From contig JBIIIF010000003.1 of the NCBI GenBank assembly GCA_044235005.1, positions 5,792 to 69,791 of the forward strand: 64,000 bases of DNA. The letters run 5' to 3'. The translations under genes and the position numbers were made by a program. Positions 9,289 to 19,121 of the stretch are shown here, piece by piece. The notes beneath the pieces were generated by a model, which saw only the letters and a program-made list of their open reading frames with translations, did not search any database and was not told where the DNA came from. Numbering within the stretch: the first letter of the stretch is position 1; each line of letters starts with the position of its first letter. Source of the DNA: Planctomycetaceae bacterium (lineage in GTDB: Bacteria; Planctomycetota; Planctomycetia; Planctomycetales; Planctomycetaceae).

Positions 9289-9498
9289 GATTCTCAGGCT
9301 TCCCGCGGCATGTGTTTTGCGGTGATTTTCTTGCACTCTGTGCAGAATCCCTGCATGATGTGTGTTGTGCCGGGAGAATTCTGAACATTTTGGTGTCCTT
9401 CGGATCTCTCCATTGTCAGCCAGTCTTTGTCAGATCTGGCGTTTTATTCAGGCTTATTCGGTTCTGAAGGCACTGGCCAGTAAGGGAGGTATTTTGCT

Positions 9499-10596
9499 AT
9501 GCAAAAAGTACGTACACGCGCACGCGGGTTTACTCTGATTGAGTTGCTGGTGGTGATTGCCATCATTGCGATTCTGGTGGCGATTCTCCTTCCGGCGGTC
9601 CAGCGAGCTCGCGAAGCAGCGAATCGCTCGCGGTGTTTGAATAACATCAAGCAGATGATTCTGGGGATGCACAATTATCACGACTCCCATGGTGTATTTC
9701 CGCCTGGGGTGATCTCGAATCGGTATCCCGCCAATGCAGACCTTAACCAGAACGGTCTGCGAACGGTGGATCCCTTCGAGGGGACGGAACTGAGCCGAAA
9801 CCTTGCTCTGCATGGAACAAGCTGGGCTTTGCATTTGTTGCCTTACATCGAGCAGGACAATGTCTATCAGATGTGGCGTCCCTACTTTAACGTGATTAAC
9901 AATGCGGAGCGCGGGAACAATGACTTAGCGTGGAACAACGCTGGTTACGCCCCCGCAACTTTTGACATTCCTGCGTTCTACTGTCCGTCCAGAAGAAACA
10001 GCATGAATCGCAAAACAGATTTTGGCCACAACATCTACATCGATTCAGTATCGGTCAGCAGAGTTTCAACTGGTCCAATCGGGACCGGCGGAATTGACTA
10101 TGCGGGCTGTGCTGGTTCAGGAATCGTTTTTGCGCCGACTGCCGGTCGTCCGGCCTACGATCTGACGACAGATCAGGTCGCTTTTCAGAACACGCTGCAG
10201 CGATCGTTGCTTAACAACTTCAATCAGTTGAGTGGCAACCAGGGGATTTTCACAGTCAACAGTGCTGTGCGAATGGGAGACATCAAAGACGGGACAACCC
10301 AGACTATCATGTTTGCTGAAGCCGAGCGATTCTTCCCGTGGAAAGGTGCCATCGCACGAGGACCGCTCCAGGTTGCCTACGACGGTTGGGCATGGGGAGG
10401 AGCGGCGACTCTTGTCTCCACGCTGGATGGGCCGAACAAGATGCTGAATTTTCAGTTCGCGGGATCATCGCATGGCGACATTTGCATGGTTGGTTTGGCT
10501 GACGGGTCTGCTCGTCCTGTGACGCAATCGATCGGCCTGAACGTCTGGCAGTCCCTGGGAAATATGTCCGGCGGAATCACTGTTCAGAGCTTCTGA
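9499..10596 (+). CDS. DUF1559 / H-X9-DG protein with prepilin-type N-terminal methylation motif
   Basis: Strong RBS AAGGGAGG. N-terminus [28 protein letters not shown]-terminal [12 protein letters not shown] fits H-X9-DG exactly. Confidence 0.9.
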   Translation: MQKVRTRARGFTLIELLVVIAIIAILVAILLPAVQRAREAANRSRCLNNIKQMILGMHNYHDSHGVFPPGVISNRYPANADLNQNGLRTVDPFEGTELSRNLALHGTSWALHLLPYIEQDNVYQMWRPYFNVINNAERGNNDLAWNNAGYAPATFDIPAFYCPSRRNSMNRKTDFGHNIYIDSVSVSRVSTGPIGTGGIDYAGCAGSGIVFAPTAGRPAYDLTTDQVAFQNTLQRSLLNNFNQLSGNQGIFTVNSAVRMGDIKDGTTQTIMFAEAERFFPWKGAIARGPLQVAYDGWAWGGAATLVSTLDGPNKMLNFQFAGSSHGDICMVGLADGSARPVTQSIGLNVWQSLGNMSGGITVQSF

Positions 10597-10634
10597 TAGC
10601 GGGTTTTGGCCCTCAATGGAATCATTGATCCCGA

Positions 10635-10672
10635 CGCCAGGATGATGAATTCTCGTCATCCTGGCGTTTTTT
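10635..10672 (+). terminator. intrinsic terminator after the DUF1559 gene
   Basis: Perfect 11-bp stem cgccaggatga/tcatcctggcg with a 10-nt loop, followed by TTTTTT. Confidence 0.8.
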
Positions 10673-10794
10673 CTGCGCGGGATCTGGAATGAGAGGCCAT
10701 CGATGCCGTTAATATGAGCAGATTGAGGACTTCAATTCGATTGAACCAGCGTTTCTGCTGGTTACTGATATCCCGTTGACCGAGCGCCACTTCT

Positions 10795-11736
10795 ATGACC
10801 ATTCGATATACATGCACTGGTTGTGAATCGGTGTTGAAGATCAAGGATGAGAAAGCTGGCACGAAGGGTAAGTGCCCCAAATGCAAGGCCGAGTTTCTGG
10901 TCCCGCAGCCGGAGGTTGAAGAGTCTGCTGAAGCTGGAGCTTCATCGGTGGACGAGCCCATTGATGAGCCGGTTGATTCTGTTGATATGCCCATCGAGTT
11001 GACTCCGGAAGTGCCGGAGTCTGACAGCTTTGATCCGTTGTCGGTACTTGGAGCATCAACCGGTCCTGCCGGTTCTCGATCATCTCGCAGTGAAACGTCG
11101 GAACGCAAGACGTCGATGGCGGAGATGATGAGGGATTTTGACGCGGCCAAGAAGGGTAAAGAAAAGAAGGCGGCTGCCGAAACAGTCCGCACGTCGGCGA
11201 TAGCTGCGTCTGCTCTTGAGACAGCGGGAACGGCGGCTGATGCACTGTCTCGCGCCTACCAGCAGAAGCGTGATTCCGCATCGGCACCATCGAAATCGGC
11301 CAGGGACGTGAAGGCTCAGGAAGAGCGAGCCTTATTCATGGAGTTCATTACACGTCGTGCACTGCCGGGATTGTTGTTGGTCGGTGGGTTGCTCTACGGT
11401 TATTTCTATTGGATGAATCATGAGCCCTGGACAGGTCCAGAGCTGTTTGAAGTGACCGGACAGGTCTCAACGGGTGGAGCACCTGCGGCCGGGATCCAGG
11501 TTCTCTTTGAACCAATCTCAAGCGGTTTGGATGACAAACGCACGGCAGTCTGGGCTACCACCGATCCCGGCGGGAATTTTCGGTTGATGTATGATGCTTC
11601 GCACTTCGGGTGTCCTGCCGGCGATTACAATATCGGCTTCGCGGGAGTAACAGGGCAACCATTAAATCGTGCCGAGGGAGCGTTGAAGTTGACGGTCAAG
11701 GCGAATGAGCCGAATGAATTCAAGATTACCTTGTGA
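10795..11736 (+). CDS. zinc-ribbon membrane protein with C-terminal carboxypeptidase-regulatory-like domain
   Basis: 313 aa. N-terminal CTGC...CPKC zinc ribbon, an acidic/Ser-rich linker, one TM helix (LPGLLLVGGLLYGYFYW), then a beta-sandwich-like tail (GQVSTGGAPAAGIQVLFEP...TTDPGGNFRL). Confidence 0.7.
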   Translation: MTIRYTCTGCESVLKIKDEKAGTKGKCPKCKAEFLVPQPEVEESAEAGASSVDEPIDEPVDSVDMPIELTPEVPESDSFDPLSVLGASTGPAGSRSSRSETSERKTSMAEMMRDFDAAKKGKEKKAAAETVRTSAIAASALETAGTAADALSRAYQQKRDSASAPSKSARDVKAQEERALFMEFITRRALPGLLLVGGLLYGYFYWMNHEPWTGPELFEVTGQVSTGGAPAAGIQVLFEPISSGLDDKRTAVWATTDPGGNFRLMYDASHFGCPAGDYNIGFAGVTGQPLNRAEGALKLTVKANEPNEFKITL

Positions 11737-11871
11737 CACTCTTCCGTATTTGGTGTCGGATACAGGTTGGTTGTGAGCAGATCGCCATAAATTGAAGCGT
11801 GCGTGTTCACTGTGGTCTGCGGTTTAGCTCGGGTATGAGCCCTCTTTTCTCGACAGAGTATTGTTTCAGTT

Positions 11872-12516
11872 ATGACATCAGTCACCATCATTGATTATGG
11901 AATGGGAAACCTTCGCAGCGTGCAGAAGGCGTTCGAACGCATCGGCCAGTCTGCTCATGTGACTTCAGACGTTGCTGAGATTGCTGCTGCAGAAAGTCTG
12001 GTCCTGCCGGGTGTGGGGGCATTTCGAGATGCCATCAGTGCCATACGGAGGAATGATCTGACAGGTGTGATTCGTGATCATATCGCCGCAGATCGGCCAT
12101 TTCTTGGCATCTGTCTTGGGATGCAGTTGCTCCTGAATGTGTCTTTTGAAGATGGTGAGCATGAAGGCCTTGGAATTATCCCCGGTACTGTGCAGAAGTT
12201 TGATCTTCCGGCCGAATATAAGATTCCTCACATGGGCTGGAACCAACTGACTCTCAATGGGATGACTCAGCATGGGCTTCTCAACGAACTGGGAGCAGAG
12301 CCGTGGTTCTATTTTGTTCACAGCTATCATGTGGTTCCGAGCGAACAATCGTGGATTGCCGCCACAACGGATTATGGTCGTCCGTTTGTTTCCGTCGTTG
12401 CGAAAAGCAACGTGATGGCGACTCAGTTCCATCCGGAGAAGAGTCAGTCCTGTGGGATGCAGTTGTTGCGAAACTTTGTTTCCATTGGAAAGTCGGCCGT
12501 TTGTTCTGCCCAATAA
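11872..12516 (+). CDS. hisH: imidazole glycerol phosphate synthase, glutamine amidotransferase subunit
   Basis: 214 aa. IIDYGMGNLRSV, PGVGAF, catalytic GICLGMQLL, VHSYH and QFHPEKS. Confidence 0.95.
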   Translation: MTSVTIIDYGMGNLRSVQKAFERIGQSAHVTSDVAEIAAAESLVLPGVGAFRDAISAIRRNDLTGVIRDHIAADRPFLGICLGMQLLLNVSFEDGEHEGLGIIPGTVQKFDLPAEYKIPHMGWNQLTLNGMTQHGLLNELGAEPWFYFVHSYHVVPSEQSWIAATTDYGRPFVSVVAKSNVMATQFHPEKSQSCGMQLLRNFVSIGKSAVCSAQ

Positions 12517-12650
12517 TCTGCCGCCTGATGGTGCTCTGACTTTGATGAGTTGGAGTGCGTCTGACGTATGTGTCAGCCGACCAATGTCTGAGCCGAATTC
12601 TCTTATAGAGTTCAGCTTTCGTGTTTTGAGATTCCTAACAAGCTAAAAAC

Positions 12651-13394
12651 ATGCTTCAGCTACTTCCGGCCATTGATCTGCTTGACGGCAAATGTGTCCG
12701 TCTTCGTCAGGGAAACTACAACGACAGCACGGTCTTTTCTGATGACCCGGTTGAGATGGCATTACGTTGGCGAGATGAAGGAGCGGAGCGACTGCATCTG
12801 GTTGATCTGGACGGTGCAAAGGCCGGGCGTCCCGTGAATCAGAATGTTGTCAGACGTATTGCGGAGGCAACCGGTTTGCCCTGTCAGTTGGGTGGCGGAA
12901 TTCGGAACGAGGACAACATCCGGCTGACGATTGAAGAGGCTGGAGTCGATCGCGTCATCGTCGGAACCAAAGCGCTGCGAGAACCGGATTGGTTCGCCCA
13001 GATGTGTGCGAAGTTTCCTCATCGCCTGGCTCTCGGGCTTGATGCTCGTGATTCGATGGTTGCGACCGACGGATGGCTGGAAGTTTCACAGGTCTCCGTA
13101 ACGCAGCTCGCTCAGCGATTTCTTGGAGTTCCGCTGGCGGCCGTGATCTACACAAACATCGCGAACGACGGCATGATGCAGGGCATCGATCAGCAGACGC
13201 TTGACGATTTTGTGCGGCTGGCTGAGATGGGGCTTCCCGTGATTGCCTCCGGGGGTGTGACGACGATGGACGACATTGCCGCGCTCAAGAAGATCAACGC
13301 CGAGCAGCCAAATCTGATTGGTGCGATCACTGGTCGTGCCATTTATGAGGGTACCATCCGAGTACGAGAAACCATTGAGTTCCTTCGAAGTTAG
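12651..13394 (+). CDS. hisA: ProFAR isomerase
   Basis: 247 aa. [37 protein letters not shown] and ITGRAIYEG. Confidence 0.95.
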   Translation: MLQLLPAIDLLDGKCVRLRQGNYNDSTVFSDDPVEMALRWRDEGAERLHLVDLDGAKAGRPVNQNVVRRIAEATGLPCQLGGGIRNEDNIRLTIEEAGVDRVIVGTKALREPDWFAQMCAKFPHRLALGLDARDSMVATDGWLEVSQVSVTQLAQRFLGVPLAAVIYTNIANDGMMQGIDQQTLDDFVRLAEMGLPVIASGGVTTMDDIAALKKINAEQPNLIGAITGRAIYEGTIRVRETIEFLRS

Positions 13395-13465
13395 GCTGAT
13401 ATTCTTCGGCATCTCCGCGAGAATTAAGGCCATCGTGTTTTGGTCATGAGGTTCATCCTGCAGGA

Positions 13466-14281
13466 GTGGATGCGATGAAGACCGGATTCCTGACCCTTGA
13501 TGCTATCGAAGCGTTTGATCGCGATGGCTTTCTTGTTGTCGACAGCCTGCTGAGTCCGGAGGAGACTGAGTTACTCGGTGCCATAGCACGGCAGGATCAT
13601 GCTCTTGCCGCTGCAAAGACGTCTCGCGCGGACGGAGAGGGTGGCTCAGTCGATCTGGTTGTTGAGAACGAGCTTCCAGCCGATGCGATCTATTCAGCGA
13701 TCGTTCAGGCGGAGCCATTGGTAACGGCGATGGAAGCTTTGCTCGGGGATGAGGTCTACCATTACCATCACAAGATGATATTGAAAGAGCCGCGGGTTGG
13801 CGGTGCGTGGACGTGGCATCAGGATTATGGTTACTGGTACAACAACGGTTGCCTGTTTCCTGACATGGCCAGTTGCATGTTTGCTGTTGATAAAGCCACG
13901 AAGGAAAACGGTTGTTTGCAGGTCCTTCGTGGATCACATCGCATGGGACGCATTGACCATGTGAAGCGAGGCGATCAGACCGGGGCTGATATGGAACGCG
14001 TTGATGCCGCACTGGCTCGCATGGAGCTGGTTCATGTCGAGATGAATCCTGGCACTGCGGTTCTGTTTCATGGTAACACGCTGCATCGTTCAGACCAAAA
14101 TCTCAGTGAGAATCCTCGCTGGGCCTTTATCTGTTGCTACAACGCTCGGGGCAATGATCCCTACAAAGACGGACGGCACCCGCATTATTCCGCATTACAC
14201 CGAGTTGGTGCGGAAGAAATCGCCGTTGTTGGACGTCGACATTTGCAGCGAATTACTGAGGGCGTTCGATCTATCAGGTAA
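13466..14281 (+). CDS. phytanoyl-CoA dioxygenase (PhyH) family Fe(II)/2-oxoglutarate oxygenase
   Basis: 271 aa. FDRDGFLVV, the HxD triad in WTWHQDYGYW, and the distal His in LFHGNTLHRS. Start is GTG 13466 or ATG 13475. Confidence 0.85.
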   Translation: MDAMKTGFLTLDAIEAFDRDGFLVVDSLLSPEETELLGAIARQDHALAAAKTSRADGEGGSVDLVVENELPADAIYSAIVQAEPLVTAMEALLGDEVYHYHHKMILKEPRVGGAWTWHQDYGYWYNNGCLFPDMASCMFAVDKATKENGCLQVLRGSHRMGRIDHVKRGDQTGADMERVDAALARMELVHVEMNPGTAVLFHGNTLHRSDQNLSENPRWAFICCYNARGNDPYKDGRHPHYSALHRVGAEEIAVVGRRHLQRITEGVRSIR

Positions 14282-14357
14282 GTGCACGGTGACTTAGGTC
14301 TGTCGGAGACGATTCGTTTCTGGAGTTTGGCCTGTGGTCTGTGATGTGACTGGCTAA

Positions 14358-15386
14358 GTGCAGATGTCAACACTTTCCGAACGGCTGAAGCATCTGGGAC
14401 TTGAGTGCGGTTTCGCGCAGGTTGGTATTGCCCCCGCGGTGAGTCCAACCGGGTTTCATCGGCTCCTGGACTGGGTGAATCGTGGCCAGAACGCGGACAT
14501 GCAGTGGGTCGATCGACGCCTGGACGCCTATCAGCATCCTGATGGGGTGATGTCCGGAACACGCAGCGTGATCATGGCGGCGATGAATTACTACGACGGC
14601 AAACAGGCCACGGATGGGCCGAGAGTGGCTCGCTATGCATCGGGATCCGCCGATTATCATGATGTGCTCAAGCCACTGCTGAAGCGACTTGTTGCGTTGC
14701 TGCGAGCAGAGTTTCCTCAGTCTCGCAACCGAATTGTTATTGATACCGCTCCATTGTTAGAACGCGATTTTGGTCGCCTGGCCGGGCTTGGGTGGTTTGG
14801 CAAGAACACCATGTTGATCAGTCGGTCGATTGGAAGTTGGTTCTTCCTGGGGGCGATCCTGACTGATGTTGAACTGAGCTATGATGAGCCGCTTGAGCAA
14901 ACGTTTTGCGGAAGTTGTACGCGATGTCTGGATGCTTGTCCGACGGATGCTTTTCCTGAGCCGGGAGTATTGGATGCTCGCCGGTGTATCAGTTATCTGA
15001 CAATCGAACATCGCCACGCCGGAATCCCGGAAGAGTTCAGAAGCGGTCTGGGTCCGTGGTTGTTTGGTTGTGATGTGTGTCAGGATGTTTGTCCATGGAA
15101 CCGCTTCGCACCTGACGAAACGTTGCCTGAGTTTCAGCAGAAGTGGAACTTGAGTGCCGTCGAATGCAGGGCGTTACTGCGAATGACCGAAGAAGAATTT
15201 CACGACCGATTCCTCGGATCCCCGTTGTTGCGTTCCGGGCGAACGGGGCTGCTTCGAAATGCTGCGATTGTGCTGGCCAATCTTCGGGATCATGATTCGA
15301 GGCCAGAGCTGGAAGCGTTGTTGCAGGAGAGCGAAGAGATCCTCCGCGAGACCGGATCGTGGGCGCTTCGACAGCTTGATGTCTGA
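14358..15386 (+). CDS. queG: epoxyqueuosine reductase
   Basis: 342 aa. Two 4Fe-4S motifs (CGSCTRCLDACP and CDVCQDVCPWN), CISYLTIEH, and a C-terminal HEAT-like tail. Confidence 0.93.
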   Translation: MQMSTLSERLKHLGLECGFAQVGIAPAVSPTGFHRLLDWVNRGQNADMQWVDRRLDAYQHPDGVMSGTRSVIMAAMNYYDGKQATDGPRVARYASGSADYHDVLKPLLKRLVALLRAEFPQSRNRIVIDTAPLLERDFGRLAGLGWFGKNTMLISRSIGSWFFLGAILTDVELSYDEPLEQTFCGSCTRCLDACPTDAFPEPGVLDARRCISYLTIEHRHAGIPEEFRSGLGPWLFGCDVCQDVCPWNRFAPDETLPEFQQKWNLSAVECRALLRMTEEEFHDRFLGSPLLRSGRTGLLRNAAIVLANLRDHDSRPELEALLQESEEILRETGSWALRQLDV

Positions 15387-15606
15387 GCCGCCATGACGCA
15401 ATCGTCCGGCGTCGACGAGAAATTCATGCAAATCGCTGTTTTTATGCGGTGGCCCAGTGCATAGGGCCACAGGAAATCGGGAGGAAATGTCTGGGGTGTA
15501 ATTGTTTGTTTTTGACTAGTGCTGTAAATTGACTACTACCCGGGTGCTTCTGTGGTATCAGGGGTAGTGAGTTAAATCCCGCCGCCGTTTAGTTTGTCGG
15601 TGCTTT

Positions 15607-17889
15607 ATGAGCAATCCGCCGAAGAGTCAGACTCCGGAGCAATTTGCTGCGGCCTTGCGAGTTCGAGCGGAAGAAGCTGTCGCCGCTTCTGTTCATCATG
15701 CATCGCTCTCACAACAGTATTTGACGCTTGCACAAAAGTTCTCTGCACTGGCCGAGCAGGCCGCTGGAAATCTGTCTGCGGTCACGTTGTCTGTGCAGCA
15801 ACTGGAACGAGAAGCTGCGACAGGTATGCCGGCCGGACCGATAGGAGTTGAGCAGCAGATCGTTTCAGCACAAAATGCCGGGCGTGGCAATGCCGTTATT
15901 GCAGGTCCTCATTTCGGTTGTTCAGCCAATGCGGCTTCCGTGAGTCCTGCCGCTTCCGCGATGAATGCGAATTCAATCGCTGACGAAAGTTCTGCGGGGG
16001 GCAGTGCAAAGCCGCAATTCTATTCTCCGCCAGCGAGGCTTGCGGCCGTCGGTTCGGTTATTGAAGCAACTTCCGACACCAGTCAGGTTTCGAACGTCTC
16101 CGGCGAAAGCAAAGGAGATCCAGCATCGATAAACCGTAAAACTGCTGATGGTTTGCAGTCACCAACCGGGAGGAAGAGTGCTTCAGGGAAACGACGTGCT
16201 CGAATATCGCTGCGGAGGATTATTGATCGAGCAAGGTTAGTCGCGCTGGAGCAGGCTGAGCGAGTCCGGGTCAGGGCTCGAAAATCGGATTTGAAGCCGA
16301 AGATGCGAACGACTACGGAGGAATTGAAGCAGGAGTTCAAAAGGAGTCGTCGCCCCGCGGCGATCAGTACTGCCCTGACAGCGCTGGCGATGTTTCTGTT
16401 GACGCTGGCAAGGCTTGAGATCGTTGAAGAAGTGACTTTGCCTCCGCTGGTGGCAGGGTTCTCTGAGGCGATTGAGCCCGTCGAAGAATCGTTACCGATC
16501 GAGCCACCTGCTGAAGAAACAGGAGAGCAGTTTGAGCAACCCATCGAAGAGCCGCCGGAAGAAATGGTCGAGGAGCCAGAACCGGAACCTGAGCCCGTTC
16601 CCGAGCCGCCGCCTGAACCAATGCCAATGCCTGCTGTTGAAACGGAGATGGCAGAGGCAGAGTTGCCCGAGACGCCGGAGGGAACGATTGCTGCGGGGCC
16701 GAGTAGTGCCGAAGGAGCAACTTCGTCGACTGTTGATCATCGCAGTGATGCCGGTCGGAGGCTTATGGTGGAGAAATACGGTGGTTCCGCTGCAAGTGAA
16801 TCTGCCGTGGGGCATGCTCTGGAGTGGCTTGCGGCGAGACAACGAGCGAACGGCACATGGGACTTTATTGATGTGGGTCCCTGTCGAAATCCCGGGACAG
16901 TTAATAATCCGATAGGCGGAACCGCCTACGCATTGTTGCCCTTTCTTGCGGCCGGACAGACGCACAAAGACGGGCAGTATCGCAAGTCGGTTTTAGCAGG
17001 GCTGGAGTTTTTGACATCCATCGGCGTGAATGCGCCGGCGGGCTATGACCTGCGAGGGGTCATCAACAAGGCCGATGATGACGAAGACCCCAATTACGCT
17101 TACTACGTTCATGGGGCTGCGACTCTGGCTTTGTGTGAAGCCTACGGAATGACCAAAGATCGTAAGTTGAAGCCCTATGCCGAAGGCGCTGTCCAGTTTC
17201 TTGTCAACTCCCAGGACCCTCGCGGAGGAGGCTGGCGTTACAATCCGCAGCAGCCAGGATCGACATCAGCGACGGCAATTCAGGTGATGGCACTAAAAGC
17301 GGGAGAGAAGGCTGGTATCAAAGTGCCCGACGTTACCTGGAAAGGAGTCACCTATTACCTTGATAGTGTGGCACTGGATGGTGAAGGGCGATATGGATAC
17401 GAAATACAGAAGAAGTCTTACGGGATTCCCGCAACTTCGATGGCATTGCTGAGCCGTATGTATCTTGGAAAGAGTCGTGATGACAACGACCTTCGCGCAG
17501 GCGTTGCGCTGATCGACAAGCGTGGTCCTTATGACAATCTTTACTACAACTATTTCGCCACTCAGGTGATTAAGAATTGGGGTGGAGTCGAGTGGGATCG
17601 CTGGAACGGGCGATTGCGAGATGACTTGATCGCCTGGCAGGGCGTCGATGGCGACGAAAAGGGCAGTTGGGCTCCTCGCGATCGTGATGACTACAGCAAG
17701 GCAGGTGGAAGATTGCTGACCACATGTCTTGCGACGCTGACTCTGGAAGTCTACTACCGCTATAAACCGTTGTTGCCAGAACCGGCAGAAGCCGGAGGTT
17801 CTGAAGCCGCGTCCGGCTTAGCGCCTTCTCCGAACGCATCTGAGTCGGCATCGCCTGATTCGGGTAAAGACATTAATGACTCAAAGTAG
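15607..17889 (+). CDS. membrane-anchored prenyltransferase/squalene-oxidase-repeat (alpha/alpha-toroid) protein
   Basis: 760 aa. Coiled, low-complexity N-terminus, one TM helix (AISTALTALAMFLLTLARL) and a Pro/Glu-rich linker (EEPEPEPEPVPEPPPEPMPMP). Then terpene-cyclase-like repeats (ALEWLAARQRANGTWDF, AVQFLVNSQDPRGGGWRY, LIAWQGVDGDEKGSWAP). Confidence 0.8.
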   Translation: MSNPPKSQTPEQFAAALRVRAEEAVAASVHHASLSQQYLTLAQKFSALAEQAAGNLSAVTLSVQQLEREAATGMPAGPIGVEQQIVSAQNAGRGNAVIAGPHFGCSANAASVSPAASAMNANSIADESSAGGSAKPQFYSPPARLAAVGSVIEATSDTSQVSNVSGESKGDPASINRKTADGLQSPTGRKSASGKRRARISLRRIIDRARLVALEQAERVRVRARKSDLKPKMRTTTEELKQEFKRSRRPAAISTALTALAMFLLTLARLEIVEEVTLPPLVAGFSEAIEPVEESLPIEPPAEETGEQFEQPIEEPPEEMVEEPEPEPEPVPEPPPEPMPMPAVETEMAEAELPETPEGTIAAGPSSAEGATSSTVDHRSDAGRRLMVEKYGGSAASESAVGHALEWLAARQRANGTWDFIDVGPCRNPGTVNNPIGGTAYALLPFLAAGQTHKDGQYRKSVLAGLEFLTSIGVNAPAGYDLRGVINKADDDEDPNYAYYVHGAATLALCEAYGMTKDRKLKPYAEGAVQFLVNSQDPRGGGWRYNPQQPGSTSATAIQVMALKAGEKAGIKVPDVTWKGVTYYLDSVALDGEGRYGYEIQKKSYGIPATSMALLSRMYLGKSRDDNDLRAGVALIDKRGPYDNLYYNYFATQVIKNWGGVEWDRWNGRLRDDLIAWQGVDGDEKGSWAPRDRDDYSKAGGRLLTTCLATLTLEVYYRYKPLLPEPAEAGGSEAASGLAPSPNASESASPDSGKDINDSK

Positions 17890-17965
17890 CTTTGCGTCGG
17901 CTGAATTCTATGATTCGCATCTGTCTGAGTGGCGTGGTTAAGATTCTGAGAACGCCTGGTGAAGA

Positions 17966-19096
17966 ATGAACAGTCAGTCCGTTGTGCGAAATGGAGACGA
18001 CCTGAGAAATTCCACATCACGATTGCAGTCGCTTGATGCTCTGCGTGGATTTGACATGTTCTGGATTGCCGGTGGGGATGCGCTGGCGACAAATTTTTTT
18101 GGTCGATTCGATTCGCCAGCAGCCATTCGAATCAAGTCTCAATTCGAACATGTGGAGTGGGAGGGATTCCGATTCTACGATCTGATTTTCCCACTCTTCA
18201 TGTTTCTGGTGGGATGTGTGATTCCATTTTCACTGGAGAAGTTTCGGGGCGATCCCAGGTCCGCTTATGGCCGGATCTTCCGCCGGACTGTTGCGCTTTT
18301 TGTGTTGGGTTTAATCTGCAACGGCCTTTTGAAGTTCGACTTCGGCAATCTTCGATATGCGGGAGTCCTGCAGAGAATCGCTCTTTGTTATGGCATCACA
18401 GCAGTGCTGTTCTTGACTTTCAGAGTCCGTGGACAGATTGTTGTGGCGGCTGCAATTCTGCTGGGCTACTGGGGGCTGCTGGCTTTCGTTCCCGTGCCCG
18501 GAGGAGTTGCCGGAGACTATTCAAAGGAGGGCAATCTTGCGGGTTACCTGGATCGAAGTTGGCTGCCCGGAAAAATCATGGAGCAGTATTACGGCTACGG
18601 AGACAACGAAGGAATTCTGTCCACGGTACCAGCGATCGTCACTGTGATGCTGGGAGTTTTCGCCGGGCTCTGGCTGAAGAGCTCTCGACCGGATTGGGCG
18701 AAAACCGGAGGGCTATTTCTCTGCGGGGTATCGTTCGTTGTTCTTGGTACGTTGTGGGGGAGAAGTTTTCCAGTCATCAAAAACCTCTGGACGAGTTCTT
18801 TCGTGCTGGTCGCGGGAGGCTGGAGTCTGTTGTTGCTCTGTGTCTTTTACACAATCATAGATGTCGTTCGATGGCAGAAGTGGTCATTCTTCTGGACCGT
18901 AATTGGCATGAACGCCATTGTGATGTACGTCGCGCCGCGGTTCATCGATTTCGACAGGATGGCAGCATTTTTCTTAACGGGCGTTGCACGGTTGAGTGGC
19001 AGTGGAGGCGATTTTCTGCTCGAAGCGGGAAGCATGGGGGCTAAATGGCTTTTTCTGTACTATCTGTTTCGCAACCGAGTTTTTCTCAGGCTTTGA
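17966..19096 (+). CDS. DUF5009 / heparan-alpha-glucosaminide N-acetyltransferase-like membrane acyltransferase
   Basis: 376 aa. N-terminal RLQSLDALRGFDMFWI motif followed by about 10 hydrophobic helices. Confidence 0.8.
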   Translation: MNSQSVVRNGDDLRNSTSRLQSLDALRGFDMFWIAGGDALATNFFGRFDSPAAIRIKSQFEHVEWEGFRFYDLIFPLFMFLVGCVIPFSLEKFRGDPRSAYGRIFRRTVALFVLGLICNGLLKFDFGNLRYAGVLQRIALCYGITAVLFLTFRVRGQIVVAAAILLGYWGLLAFVPVPGGVAGDYSKEGNLAGYLDRSWLPGKIMEQYYGYGDNEGILSTVPAIVTVMLGVFAGLWLKSSRPDWAKTGGLFLCGVSFVVLGTLWGRSFPVIKNLWTSSFVLVAGGWSLLLLCVFYTIIDVVRWQKWSFFWTVIGMNAIVMYVAPRFIDFDRMAAFFLTGVARLSGSGGDFLLEAGSMGAKWLFLYYLFRNRVFLRL

Positions 19097-19121
19097 AGTT
19101 GTCCTGCCATCGTTTTGTCTG

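Noticed and set aside
10611-10640. Partial similarity (aatcattgatccc) to the left end of the dispersed repeat, seen here and at 25436..25500
   Set aside because: Only about 13 nt match, and the GCGAACA and GCCGCCCGAA blocks are absent. It may be an unrelated short TCAATG..CATTGA palindrome, so it is not counted as a repeat copy.
18157-19044. 295-aa + strand ORF in an alternative frame of the DUF5009 gene
   Set aside because: It lies entirely inside a gene with a clear polytopic-membrane signature. Its translation is R/G/C/S-rich with no motifs. This is a typical shadow ORF.
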